Shown here piece after piece: positions 12,501 to 26,211 of a stretch of DNA of 64,000 bases (within the stretch, counting starts at the first letter, position 1; the number at the start of each line of letters is the position of its first letter). Below the pieces are notes generated by a model that was not told the origin of the DNA, did not search any database, and was given only the letters and a program-made list of their open reading frames with translations. The position numbers were made by a program, and so were the translations under genes. This stretch comes from Octopus sinensis. Lineage: Eukaryota. The DNA lies in NCBI RefSeq assembly GCF_006345805.1, contig NC_043003.1, positions 72,106,001 through 72,170,000 of the forward strand, read 5' to 3'.

Positions 12501-12848
12501 TAACAACAAACAAGATGAGGACAAATATCCGTCAATTGTAAATAATGTAAATGATGTAAATAATTCCTCATCTCTTAAATATTGAACTTCTCCACATGCA
12601 GTGGAAATGCTTCTGTAACTGGATATACTTCAGGAATTCTATAGTAGCCGTAGTTACTTCACATCTCATCAATGTACTTACTACACGTGTGAGAACGTGT
12701 CGAAACAATTGTAGTGATTTTGAACAAAGCATGTCATTCATGCCATTTTCTACCACACACACGCACGCGCTCCCACACACGCACGCGCTCCCACACACGC
12801 ACGCGCTCCCACACACACATACACATATATATATATATATCGCTTCAT

Positions 12849-13165
12849 CGTAGTTTAGTGGTTGGGGTATTCAGCTCACGATGTTATGAGCAAGAATTCG
12901 ATATCCAGTGGTGCATTATGTCCTTGAGTAAGGTACTTTATTTCACGTTGCTCCTGTTCCCTCAGCTGCAAAAAATGAGTAGTACATGTAGTTCACAGCG
13001 CCAGCCCTGTCACATTCTGTGTCACGCCGAATATCCCTGAGAACTACGTTAAGGGTACGCGTGTCTATGGCGTGCTCAACCACTTGCGCCTTAATTTCAC
13101 GAGCACGTTGTTCCGTTGAGCGGAGCAACTAGAATCGTCCTCGTCGTTGAAACCGACGGAATGTC
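12849..13165 (+). mobile_element. tRNA-derived SINE family B (V/Meta-SINE-like core)
   Basis: tRNA-like head plus core TGTCCTTGAG(C)AAG..CACTTTATTTCACGTTGCTCC; homologous to 32362-32598 and 55795-56107. Confidence 0.75.
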
Positions 13166-13189
13166 ATATTTTGTAGGTTTGGAATGATG

Positions 13190-13378
13190 CTACCTCGCTG
13201 GCTAAGCGGGTAGACCACTATTCCCTCTGAAGAGATGCCAGTCAGTTTTACGCGAGTGAGCTGGAGCCACGTGAAAGGAAGTGTTTTGGTCAAGGACACA
13301 ACGCACCGCCGGTCTGAGAATCGAAACTATGGTCTTGTGATCATGAGTGCAACACTCTAACCCCTAGGCCAGCCGCCT
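13190..13378 (-). mobile_element. SINE with tRNA-like head and the same TGTGTCCTTG..CAC core, old copy
   Basis: Minus strand TGGCCTAGGGGTTAG..GTTTCGATTC..GTTGTGTCCTTGACCAAAACACTT. Confidence 0.6.
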
Positions 13379-13445
13379 TCATGCATATGGAACACGTGTG
13401 TGTACGTGCGTGTGTGTGTGTGTGTGTGGTGTGTGTGTGTGTGTG

Positions 13446-13477
<32 letters not shown>

Positions 13478-13479
13478 CG

Positions 13480-13885
13480 TGCAAGAAGTTTGCTTCTAGG
13501 CACATGGTTTCGAATTCAGTCCTGCAGCCACAGCCTGGCCAAAGACTTGTTCATGGATTTGATAGACAAGACACTGAAAGAAGCTTGTCGTGTGTGAGTG
13601 GGGTGGGAGGGAGTGAAGATGTCTATGTATGTGTCTGTAGTGTGTATTTGTGTGTGTACCTTTGTGTTTAAGCTTGTCTTCCACCTCCACCACTACCACT
13701 CAACAACCGGTATTGGTTCGTGTACGTTCTCGAAAGTTAGCAGTTCAGCAAAAAGTAACCGATAAAATAGGTACCAGGATATCAAAAAAATAAATGCTGT
13801 GGTCGATGTGTTCAACTAAATTCTTCAAGACGGTGCCCCAGCATGGCCACAGTCCAAAGGCAGTAACAAGTATACGATAAAAGAT
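13480..13885 (+). mobile_element. SINE family A, strongly diverged
   Basis: Recognisable body and tail (GATAAAATAGGTACCAGG..CCCCAGCATGGCCACAG..GATAAAAGA). Confidence 0.7.
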
Positions 13886-13912
13886 TTTATATATACATAC
13901 ATACATACATAC

Positions 13913-13986
<74 letters not shown>

Positions 13987-14555
13987 CATACATACATACA
14001 CACCCCCACACAACTCATGCACTCACACACATAGACACACATACACAACACGCTCCTCAGTAACATTCACAGAACAGATGCTTTAATCGTGCTTCCTCCC
14101 CCACTACACACCTCATCCATACTCACCCACTACTTCATTGTAGACGGTGGTGTTCCCCCTCCACCTCTTTCTTATAGAACAAATTCCAAACATTGAGATA
14201 CTGTTAAGTAGATCTCGTCAACATGCTATCAAATCCTGTGGGAGTTTTACCTCTCAATCCGGCTGCTTCTTTACACCTAGATTATTTTGATGGACAGCAA
14301 CACTATCATACTCACCTCTCTATCAGCCTTCCTGCCTTCTTGCATACCTGCCTGCCTGCCTGCTTGCTTGATTGCATTATTCTTGTTGGTTTTGTGGTTG
14401 TACTTTCTTCCTCACTATTGTTTCTTTTCTTTTTTTGTTTCTCTTTTCTTTCTTTTGACTTTTAGTTTAGGAATATATGCAATTACATATATATGTATAT
14501 GTATATTTACAGATATGAGTGTGTGTATATGTGTGTATGTATATTTATATATATA

Positions 14556-14725
<170 letters not shown>

Positions 14726-14954
14726 TGATATTACACACGCACGCACACATATTGCACACACACACACACAAAAGATTCTACTGCATTTGATTGTTGTTTG
14801 TAAAACATTATCTTCTCTTAGCAATACAAATGAACTAAGAATTGTATTTTAGCAAAGTGACTCAACATCCACACATACTCACAGACACTTGTAATGCTTA
14901 ATTGAAGTATCTGGCTCTTTAAATTGCAGGAACAGTTGGCAAGCTGGCAGCAAA

Positions 14955-15400
14955 GGTGGTGAACTAGCGGGATCGCCAGGACGCCGGGCAAAATGCCTCG
15001 CAGCATTTCTTCTGAGTTCAAATTCCGCCGTGATTGCTTTTGGTTTTCATCCTTCCAGTGTCGATGAAATTAGCACCAGTTTAGCACTGGGATCGATGTA
15101 ATCGACTAACCCACTCCCCAAGAATTTCAGGTCGTGTGTTTAGAGTACAAAGAATTATTATTATGATCTGGCAAAATCGTTAGTGTCAGAAAAAGTGCTT
15201 TGCGGTACTTGGTCCAACTCCTTACGTTTTTAGTTCAAATTCTGCCGCGGACACATCTGTCTTTCATCTGCAAAGTACCAATCAGTTACTGGGTTCGATG
15301 TAATCGGCTGATCCCCATACCCACCCTAATTTCAGGTGCTACATCAATCTAACTGAATCGTTAGAGTGTCGGGCAAAATGCCTTTTGCCGGGTGGGATGT
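14955..15400 (+). mobile_element. Cluster of two to three old SINE family C copies (Nin/Deu-like core)
   Basis: Repeats of GGGCAAAATGC..GAGTTCAAATT..TTTCATCC..AGTACC..CTGGG.TCGATGTAATCG. Confidence 0.7.
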
Positions 15401-15439
15401 TTGGGAAACGCTTTGTAGCCAGGGTTTTAGATGCCAATA

Positions 15440-17270
15440 ATGGTATTGACATTGTAGAAGAACTGTCTGTAGCCTTGACCATCACTGGCATCTTGCCTTG
15501 ACCATCACTGGCATCTTGCCTTGGCATGGTATGAAGAAATGGTCAGTAGCCGTGGCCTATGTTCCCACTCCCAATTATGTATGTTGCGAAAGAATTGTCT
15601 ATAACAATGGTCAGCTCAGGCACTTCCATCTAGGTGTGGTATGAAGGAACGATCAGGAACCATAGCCTTGGCTTCACGATATGTAACCATGGTCTTCAAT
15701 GGCCTTCTCAGCTTGATAGGGTATGAAGGAATGGTGTCTAACTGTAGGCTTCACTGACACAGCTAACTTGATGATGTGGAAGGAAACGGTTCGTAGCCAT
15801 TTCTTTTACTGGCCTGACAAATTGATGTGGCCTGCAAGTATTTATGGTTTCATTGGTCTCTCCGGCTTTATCTGGTGTGGAGAATCTGGCTATCAATTAT
15901 CTTCACTGGCTTTCACAGCTTCACCTGATGTAGAACTGTATTTAACTTCGCCTAACTACACCCGATGTAATGTGGAAAAACGATATGTAACTTTGGTTTT
16001 TTCTGACCTTCCAAGTATAGTATAGCGAGGAGAAATGGTCAATGGCCATGACCTTCATTAGGGGGTCTAAGCTTGGTATAGTATGGGGATACAGTTTGTA
16101 GCCGTGACCGTCATTGGACAGCTTAGCCTGGTGTGGTTTGTAGGAACGATTTATTGCCTTAGTTGTCCCTCGCAGTTTAGTGTTGTGTGATGTAGAAGAA
16201 CGGTCAGAGGTAATGGATTTCATCGACTCTTACAGTTTAGTGTGATGTAAGAAATGGTCTTTAGTGATGGTCTACAAGCGTGCAGTTATTTAGGGGTCAG
16301 TATGTAGCTGTGGCTTTCATTGGATTTCCAGCTTAGCGTCGTGTGAAGTAACGGTCTGTAGCCTTCACTGCTACTGGTTGTGTCGGATAATGCCGCTATC
16401 AGTGTGTCATGTCATAGTACCACTAGGAATGATGGTTTGCAGCCATGCTCTTCCTCAGCCTCTTAGCATGGTGTGTTGTGAACGAACGATGTGTAGTCAC
16501 TGGCTCTCTCAGTGTCATGAGGTGGAATTGCCGATAGCAATGACTTCCGTTGTCCCTCCAAGTTTAGTGTAGTGTGGATGAACGATCAATAGCTATAGCC
16601 TGCATTACACCGTCGAGCTTGCTGTTTTGTGGAAGAACGGTCAATTTGTCCTTCAAGCTTGTAATAATGAGGAAGAACAGCCTATGCGAATGGCCTTCAT
16701 TCGCTCCCATAGACTGTTGTGCTGAGGATACAACTTTTTGTAGCATTGGCCTTTGTTGCAACCCTCCCCACTCCTGAGTGGCGTGTAGGAAAAGGTTGTT
16801 GCCACGTACTTGCTCACCCAGCTTGTTGTCATGTTGAAGAATGATCTGTAACCATGTCCTTCAATGATCTCACCTCTCAGTTTGGTGTAATGTGGAAGAA
16901 CAGCCTGAAGCTATGGCGTTTACTGGCGTTCTTAGTTTGGTATGGTATGGAGGAATGATTTGTGTGTATAGTCTTCATTAGCCTTCCACCCCCACCAGCT
17001 TAGTGTGATGTAAGGGAATGCTCATTAGATTGGACTTTATAGGGTCTCCAAGTTTCATGTAGAGTGGAGAGTGTAGAGGAGTAATCTGTAACTATAGTCC
17101 TCGCGGTCATTTCCAGTGAGATGGGGGGAAAATAATACGTTGCAATGCTCTGCATTGATACTTCAGGCTTGGTGTTTGTATGGAAAAATGATCGCTGGCC
17201 ATGACCATAGTTAGTCCTCATAGCTAGGTGTTGTTAAGGGGAACGGTTTATAGCTATGTTCTTCAGTTAC
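15440..17270. repeat. Cryptic, highly degenerate minisatellite with period of about 55-60 bp
   Basis: Recurring AG(C/T)TT(G/A)GTGTGATGTGGAAGAA(C/T)GGTCTGTAGC(C/T)ATGG(C/T)CTTCA(T/C)TGG; unit starts at 16819, 16878, 16933 and 16996. Confidence 0.75.
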
Positions 17271-17685
17271 CATGCCTCCTTTTTCTTCACTAGCTCACTA
17301 TTATCTTCCTTCTACACAAAATCGAATTTATCTTCATTTTCTGTTGTTCCCTTTTTTTTCCTATGCATATTTCGCTTTTCCAGGTTCTTTGCTACACTCC
17401 CGCCTAATTTTCAAATAGCCGTTGCTCAGTATTAATGTATAAAATTCGACTATATTTGTAGTAGCTAATGAAAACATTTATGATATTGAAAAGAAAAACG
17501 AGAAGCTCGGAGCAAAGATTTCTGAAGTGTTCAGCTGCGAATAAATATACTAAATAACTCTTCTTTCAATATTTAGTACTGCTTTTTCCTAGCCTTCGCC
17601 CACGCTATATTGTACACCCACCCTCACGGATACACACACACACATGTATATGCATATATATGTGTGTGTGTACACATACATACAT

Positions 17686-17718
<33 letters not shown>

Positions 17719-18545
17719 CACGTATTTATTTATTTATAAACTTTTACATGTATTCATATTTAGCATGTATATTATATATGCATATATCTAAATGTTTATA
17801 TATTTTATGACATACATGTAGAAACATATACACAGCACGCATACAAACACACACACACACACACAAGCAAACAAACATATATAGTTAGATGAGTGCGATA
17901 ACTGCCTGCCAAAATCTTGGCATTAGTTAGCTTTATCTCTGATAATACATGATATAACATATGTACCCTGGCACCCTTCTCTAAAGTTACATTCCTGACT
18001 GAGATACGCAACACGTGTAATTTTCCTGTAACTCGTGTACCTATGATGTACTGTGTCAGTAGTAAAGTGAACACTTACAAAAATGTAGGCCATTCATACT
18101 GTGATACACACACACACTCGCGCGCACACACACACATACACACACACACACACACACACGGAGCGTATGTGTGTACGTGTAGTTCTGTAGCGGTGTGAGT
18201 GTGTGTGGACGTTTCTTCCTTTTTGAATTCTTTGAATTCTTCTTTAAAAGACGGAGCTGGTTTCTATCAAACAAACAAAAATCCGTCTGGAATTTAGATT
18301 AATAATAGTATCTAGTTACATGTCATATTTTTAAAAAACTATTGCATATTTTCACTGTTCCGCTTACAAAGTATATTTGCCGAATAGGACTTACATGGTC
18401 CCTTTCTTTGCTTTAAAATTCCATCTTTCAGACTAACATAGCGAATAGTAACTATGATCACCGATTCATAATCTCGTGTGTAAGTATGTGTGTGTGTGTA
18501 TGTGTGTGTGTGTGTATGTGCGCACGTGCGCGTGTATGTGTGTGT

Positions 18546-18755
18546 CTTTTATTTTTATCTTTTTACCTATCTCAGTGTTAAACTGCGGTCATGATGGCGC
18601 ACCTCCTTGAAGAATTTTAGTCGAACGAATTTACACTAGTACTTATATTTTAAGCCTGGTACTTATTCTATCGGCCTCTTTGACCAATCGCTAATTTGCG
18701 GGGACGAAAAAAGATCAACACCAGTTGCCAATAGGTCTTGGGGGACGAACACAGA
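18546..18755 (-). mobile_element. SINE family A, 3' half
   Basis: Homologous to the family A tail region. Confidence 0.7.
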
Positions 18756-18762
18756 TACAACG

Positions 18763-18795
<33 letters not shown>

Positions 18796-20185
18796 AACAC
18801 ACACTCACACACATACATACACACACACATACACACACAAATACACACACACAGGTGCATGTGCATGTGTATATGCATGTATGTGTATATACATACATCT
18901 ATGTATGTACATATCTATACATGTATGTATTTATATACAAGGTGGAGGTACTTGGATCTTTTTTAAGGGCCCACGTATCTGGTCATTCAAGTTATTGGAG
19001 AAAGGAAGCAGCGTGGTAATATAGAACAAACGTATTCGAAGCAAATCGAAATATTTGCCATAAAATTTACCTGCTTGTTGAAAGACCGTAAGAAAATGCA
19101 CCACATATTCATTTTATCAGATGTTGAACGCTTGAAATATTCATCTCGTATACATATGGAAAAATGCATTATATATACATATATACGTTTTTATGTATTT
19201 AACGTCCTTTATATCATAGATATAAAAACAAAGCTTGTGACTGTCGTTAGAGTAATTGATTGTTTTCAGGATATAGTAATTCTATTATGTAGAAAATAAA
19301 TTATTATTTTAGCCTGTTGGTTGTTGGTAGTTATTCAACAGTATGAACAACGTGTCTGTAAAAATTCAGAATTCGGCCAAAAACAAACAAACAAAAATCC
19401 TACAAAGCTAAAACCTCACGAACAATGCAACCCCTTCTCTTTTAACATCTGCTTAAGCAACGATAAGACCCTTTTGGCTATGACTAAGAAACTTCCATGG
19501 TATCCAGAGATACTACAAAATACTCAACAGGAACAATATTTCATATTAGTTAGTTTTAACACTAAAAACCTATCATCTGTCATTACTTCAAAGCTGCTAT
19601 TCACAAGTAATTGCGTTATTCCCACAAGATACTTCTAAAGATGTTTTGCATGTATTATATTGCATTGATGTCTTAACCAACAATTCCACTCCCAAGAGGT
19701 ACATTAAGTTGACTGAAAATACATTGTATTACAGATTCAACCACCGCACCAGATCTTTCAGCGACATCAGTTTGAGATAGGCATGTGTCAGTTACAAAGA
19801 GCAAAACTTATCTGGAGTTAAATTGATGTTGCAAAATAAACAATGCAATCAGTGTAAATTAGACTTTCCTTAATGTCATATCAATTTTAGAGCGTTCTTG
19901 AGAACACCCCCACTTCTCATCTGGAGTTGGTATCAATTGCTACTAAGCGATTAGTCTACCGCCTCTAGAAGCAGCTATAATATCGATAAATCAACAAGTT
20001 ATCTTACCTGTTACTTTATGTAACCTTATTTGACTTTGCTGTTTATATATATATATATATATATATATACATACGTAAGTGAGTGGACGAACGAAAGAAG
20101 GGTACTCGACCAATTTAAACTGTTGGTCAGACGTTCATGAATGGCACTCATCTGGAGCAATTGTATCTATCTATCTATCTATCTA

Positions 20186-20276
<91 letters not shown>

Positions 20277-21365
20277 ATGAATATAAATATGTATGTATGT
20301 ATATATATGTGTGTGTGTGTGTGTGTATGAATATAAATATGTATGTATGTATATATATATATGTGTGTATGTGTGTGTATATGTATATGTATGTATGCAT
20401 GTATATATAAATACATACGTACAAATATATATGTGCGTGTGTGTATGTATATGTATGTATGCAAGCATGTATATATGAATACATACGTACAAATATATAT
20501 ATATATCTTTGTACATATGTATATATCTATACACGCACACACACATTTATATATACATACATGCATACATACAATAAAGTTGGCCAACAGAGTGAAGAAA
20601 TGCTAATCTAGCGTGATAAAGAGATTATGATACATAATTACTCCTGGTATGAATGAATTCCATGCATGAATGAACAGGCGATTGATATATGGGGCAATGA
20701 CAATGTCATTATATATAGTCTGACAATAGGGCATCAAAATAATGTTAGCTTCAGCCCTACCTAAATGAAACCATGAAATGTGTGTTTGTATATGTATAGG
20801 ACTGCGTATCTGTGTGCGAGTGTGCATATGTGATACTGTTTCTCAGTGTGTAAGTGCGTTGGGCTAGGTTTATTGTGTATGTGACTGTATGTATGACTGT
20901 GTGTTTAACTCTGTGTATATGTGAGTGTCTGTGGTTGAGAAACTGATTGTTTTTTGGGTTTTTTTTGGTATTTTCCTTTAATCAATGAGGTGGGCCTTTT
21001 CGAAATCGCTCAACCTACTAGAAATAGAGCCTAATTTTCCTTCAAAATACGCACCGTATCATTTAACTGGTGAAAGGTGTGACTGGATATCACATTCGTA
21101 GATACATATTGTGAGAATAAAATAAAATATGAGATTGTCACGTCTGGAATTCTTTTAAACATCTGCTTGTTCTGGAATTAGCTATAGCCATTAATTCTAA
21201 CGATTATGGTCACCACGGGATATCAAGGAAACCTCGATGGGATTACTTGACATGCTAAAAGCATCGACTAAATTTTCTTTCATACTACATAGCATATTCT
21301 TTCGAGCCTCGGCCCGGAAATGTTTTACTTTTATAAACTAGTTCAACAAGAAAGTCACAATTATA

Positions 21366-21931
21366 TTCACAGCAGCCATATTCCTACCGCTCTATGTCAC
21401 GCTGGTGAGACCCTTATTGGAGTACGGGGTTCAAGCCTCTTCTCCTTATCTCCTCAAAGACATACAGCATCTCGAAAGAGTCCAGAAGCTGGCTACCCGC
21501 ATAGTTCATGGTCTCAAGAATTTGTCTTATGAAGAAAGGCTGAAGACGCTCGACCTTTATTCTCTAGAAAAACGCCGGCGCCGTGGTGATCTCATTCTCG
21601 CTCACATCATAAGCGGAAAGTGTAACCTCTCGAAAGAGCTGTTCTTCACTCCTGCTCCAGAGCGTCGGCTGCGGGGTCATTCCGAAAAGTTCTATCTGCG
21701 ACGATTTCATCTCAATCGAAGGAGAGGGGCTTTCTCCGTCCGGGTTGCGGATCCGTGGAACAAGCTGCCAGACGAGATAGTGAAGATGCCGACGACCGCT
21801 TTGTTCAAAGTCTCCCTTGACCTCAAGTGGCCTGAACTCTTTACATGAACACCACCTTGTACATAACTCCATGTCCCCCCTACATGGCCTTGCTTTTTGC
21901 TTTTTGAGCCAAAAATTAACTAACTAACTAA
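21366..21931 (+). mobile_element. 5'-truncated CR1-clade LINE (ORF2 C-terminus and 3' end)
   Basis: LYVTLVRPLLEYG..LERVQKLATR..LSYEERL..LYSLEKRRRRGDLI..LRGHS..FSVRV..WNKLP; (TAAC)n tail at about 21917-21930. Confidence 0.9.
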
Positions 21932-22049
21932 AAGGAAACGATAAAAACCGCAGATCTTTCACTGATTTAGCATTAACTCTTTCATCGATGCACGGCCTTA
22001 TCCATTTGCTTTTCAACTAATCGTTTGCTACCGACTCTACACTGTCCCA

Positions 22050-22400
22050 AACATTTGAGGACATGTTCGACTGAGTCCAATAGAAGCTCACTCAAATGTG
22101 TATGAAGTTGCTCTCAAATGCATTCCAATCCCTGGCCTTCAGAATTTTTTTTTCTCAGCGTTTTCTACAGTTACTGCAGTGACCTTTGCTCCTTGAAACT
22201 GAATAATCTCGTGTCAATGCAACCTAATGTATCCCTGTTCTTGTCATTCAAATTACCACACATCAGATACCATCATAACCACTGCGCTTCATCGTTTCTC
22301 TCCAGAAGGTCGGTCTTATGAAATTCTTTATGTGTACTTGTTTCCACGCAACTTCAGTTAAGAAAACAATGTCGATAGCTCCTGGGACCAGTAGAAGACT
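22050..22400 (-). mobile_element. Possible LINE AP-endonuclease relic
   Basis: Only AIDIVFLTEV (compare IDIxALSE) is recognisable. Confidence 0.25.
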
Positions 22401-22924
22401 GGCGCATCGATACTTCCTCTAGATCAAAACAATTTTATAAAAATACATGGATGTGTATGCACGCGCATGAATTGATATGTATGTGTATGTGTGTGTATAC
22501 GTATCAAATGTATGTATGTATGTATGTATGTATAATATATGTATGTGTATATATATATATATTCGTATAAATATTCACTTAAACATTCGTGGATCTAGAA
22601 ATATTTACATAGGCCTGCACGCATGCAGACACACACTCAAACACGCACATACACAATCAAATACGTATATTCACAAAAATCTTTAACACTAATGCATACA
22701 CACGGGACTGCGTGTGAGTGTGACCTTTAAGTCTGCCAGGTTTTAGTCGATTAAAACTGTAAACGCACCCTTACATGTCACGCACGCATAAAAGAGCAAA
22801 CACACACACGCACACCTCTTTTACCCACTGTCTAGCTCAGTCTATTTCTCTCTCTACATAACTATACATGTAACTATTGACGGTTATCAGAATATAAAGT
22901 AATTAGAAGGGAGAAAATATATGT

Positions 22925-23033
<109 letters not shown>

Positions 23034-23649
23034 CATGCATACATCATGCATGCATAGAATTATAGATTTATTTATAGATCATATGCGTAGATTTTTCTTT
23101 GTGTATATATGCATATGTGTGTGTGTATATATATATATATTTACACACACACACACACAGACACACACACACACACACACACAACACACACACACACACA
23201 CAACTGAGTATCCCGTCGTTGTTGGGCAATTTTCACAAATGCCCTGGCGGATTTTTGGTATAGCGCACCCATATAAGTTCAATTTTGTCGTTTTGATAGG
23301 GTTTTCCAAATTTGTTTCCCCACACTCTTGCAAATGATGGGGGATGCTTTTAATGAATTTTTCTTTTAATTCACGAATCCCGTCCTCCCCACTCCGGACC
23401 GATTCTGTCCAGTTTTTTTTTTTTTTTTTGCACTACGCACACAGAAACAACGAATAACGCTTTTCGGTACAATGAATAAATAAATAAATAAATAAATAAA
23501 TAAACTTTAAAACGATGGGAGAAGCCTTGAAGGTTGAAAAAGAAACAATAATTTGGACATCGGCGATTACGATTACAATTCTCATATCCTTTATTTCAAA
23601 TATAAAATGAAACGTAATTCAAAAGCAATAGTGAATTTAAAAAAAAAAA

Positions 23650-23830
23650 GGCGCGGGAGTGGCTGTGTGGTAAGTAGCTTGCTAACCAACCACATGGTTC
23701 TGGGTTCAGTCCCACTGCGTGGCATCTTGGGCAAGTGTCTTCTGCTATAGCCCCGGACCGACCAATGCCTGTGAGTGGATTTGGTAGACGGAAACTGAAA
23801 GAAGCCTGTCGTATATATATATATATATAT

Positions 23831-23877
<47 letters not shown>

Positions 23878-24072
23878 CCCCCTAGCATTGCTTGATAACC
23901 GATGCTGGTGTGTCCACGTAAATTATCGGTTCGGCAAAAAGAGACCGATAGAATAAGTACTGGGCTTACAAAGAATAAGTCCCGGGGTCGATTTGCTCGA
24001 CTAAAGGCGGTACTCCAGCATGGCCGCAGGCAAATGACTGAAACAAGTAAAAGAGTAAAAGAGTAAAAGAGA
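23650..24072 (+). mobile_element. SINE family A, young full-length copy
   Basis: A/B boxes, internal TA/TG microsatellite and (GAGTAAAA)n tail. Confidence 0.9.
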
Positions 24073-24474
24073 ATTATAAATTCAGGTTCTCCATAAATCC
24101 TAAAATTTCTGTTTTTCAAAATTTATTTTAAATCATAGTTTAAAATGCGGACAGTCTGAATCTGCAACTTGTGTCTGTTTATAATTTTAAAATACTTTGC
24201 AAACGAAAACCTTTTCGTATGATTTAAGAGAAATTTAGCCGTTGTTTCTGGCACATCTTACAACTACCTGATACATTCCTCGTTTTATTGTCATTCTGAC
24301 ATGTATTGATGTTTTTCAATATTTTTTGTCCCCATAAACTCAGTTTTTAAAATGATTATGTGGTGGTCCATTGGTGGGATTTAAGCAACAACAAAAAGAA
24401 TTTTGTAATTTAAAATTGTAACCTCCACCCCGCACAAAGCAAGTCCGTGTATGTGTGCACGCGCGTGTGCTTGT

Positions 24475-24524
<50 letters not shown>

Positions 24525-24649
24525 ACATATTTACTAACAGGAAAGCAGACTATTAAAATAAATGATTTTTTGCATAACTTTTTAAATCATCCTGTCACCC
24601 TAATGATATTCCTTACGCACATGCATACACGCACACTAACAGACAGACA

Positions 24650-24686
<37 letters not shown>

Positions 24687-25203
24687 GTACACATACACAC
24701 ATTCAACATGAACGATATACTTTTATAGAGAGTGAGAGAGAGAGAGAGAGTGCACTAGATATATAAGGAGAGGGAAGAGAGAGAGAGAGAGAGAGAAAGA
24801 GAGATACTGTTGCTGTCACATATTTTGAAGTTTCAAATTTAAGTAGAAATGTTCAAATTTTGTATATTGATGCACTCTTCTCTGCTGAATCTGATTTTGT
24901 AATTCAGTTATTCCATAAAAATTTCAGAAAAATATCTCAGAAGTTTAAAGTTTGACTGTTAGAATACAGGATATGTGCGTGATCGTTGAGTATCATAAAA
25001 TGAAAGTGAATACTACAAGATGAAGTTTTAACAAAATGAAAGCAATAAGTTAGAGATAATTCATATACACAGAGTGAGAGGGTGAGTATATATATATATA
25101 TAAAATAGAGAGAGAGAAAAGAAGGTGTAAAAGAAAGAGATGGATAGTGGTTATTTCTTCTGCAAATTATATTTTTTATAATAATTATTTTTTACGGTCA
25201 ACA

Positions 25204-25410
25204 GGGTGGTTAACTGGCAGAATCGTTAGCACGCCGAGCAAAATGTTTAGCGGTATATCGACTGTCCTCACGTTCTAAGTTCAGTTTCCGCCGATGTCAA
25301 CTTTGCCTTTCATCCTTTCGGTGTACCAGTTGTGTACTGGGGTCGATGTAATCGACTAACCCTCTCTCCTCCAAAGTTTCAGGCCCTTTGTCTTATAGTA
25401 GAAAGGATTA
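25204..25410 (+). mobile_element. SINE family C
   Basis: GGTGG..CTGGCAGAATCGTTAGCACGCCG head and TTTGCCTTTCATCCTTTCGG core. Confidence 0.8.
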
Positions 25411-25519
25411 TCATTTACTGATAAGCTTCTCTTTTGTAAGCAGATTTCGAAAATCAAATTCGTTTTTCTCGTTTTTTCGTTTCAGAGCCCTCGGGGCTAA
25501 GTACACATACACTTTCATA

Positions 25520-25875
25520 GGGATGGATGTGTGGTAAGTAGCTTGCTAACCAACCACATAGTTCCGAGTTCAGCCCCTCTGTGTGGAACCTTGGGCAAGT
25601 GTCTTCTACTATAGCCTCGGGCTGATCAAAGACTTGTAAGTGGATTTGGTAGACAGAAACTGTATATGTGTGTGTGTGTGTTTGTCCCCCCAACATCGCT
25701 TGACAACCGATGCTGGTGTGTTTACGTCCACGTAAATTAGAGGTTCGGTAAACGAGACCGATAAAATAAGTACTAGGCTTACAAAGAATAAGTCCTACGT
25801 TTATTTGCCCGACTAAAAGTGGTGCTCCAGCATGGCTCCAATCAAATGACTGAAGCATGTAAAAGAATAAAAGAA
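25520..25875 (+). mobile_element. SINE family A
   Basis: Full-length homology to family A. Confidence 0.85.
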
Positions 25876-25890
25876 TATATATATATATAT

Positions 25891-26028
25891 GTGTGTGTGT
25901 AGATAGATAGATAGATAGTAAGACATATCCTGTACAAAAGGATATATATATATATATATACGTCACCAATTACCTCGCCTTTTGTACAGGATATGTCTTA
26001 CTATCTATCTATCTATCTACACACACAC
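25891..26028. repeat. Perfect 51-bp inverted repeat with 36-bp spacer
   Basis: 25891-25941 is the exact reverse complement of 25978-26028. Confidence 0.95.
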
Positions 26029-26146
26029 AGAGGACGATTGGGATCACGTGGATGAGAAAGGCGCGATCCAGAGAGGAGTGGACAGCGTGCTGTGACCAGC
26101 GGTGTCAAATGGACGCCTGACGGACTGGTCGGTCAAAGTGATCAAA

Positions 26147-26201
<55 letters not shown>

Positions 26202-26211
26202 TATATATAAA

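Larger units (their letters stand above)
11287..12590 (+). repeat. Inverted (right) copy of the Penelope pseudo-LTR, interrupted by a Dong/R4 LINE
   Basis: 11287-11400 mirrors the tRNA-like head and microsatellite. 12405-12560 mirrors GAATGAGAACCCAGG..CTGATGA..GTGTTAACAACAAACAAGATGAGGACAAATATC. Confidence 0.8.

Noticed and set aside
15440-17270. CRISPR-like array interpretation of the periodic region
   Set aside because: There is no conserved repeat with unique spacers; the whole unit is degenerate, there are no cas genes and the context is eukaryotic.
17890-18075. Complex-sequence island between microsatellites with short ORFs
   Set aside because: No recognisable domain or consistent exon boundaries.
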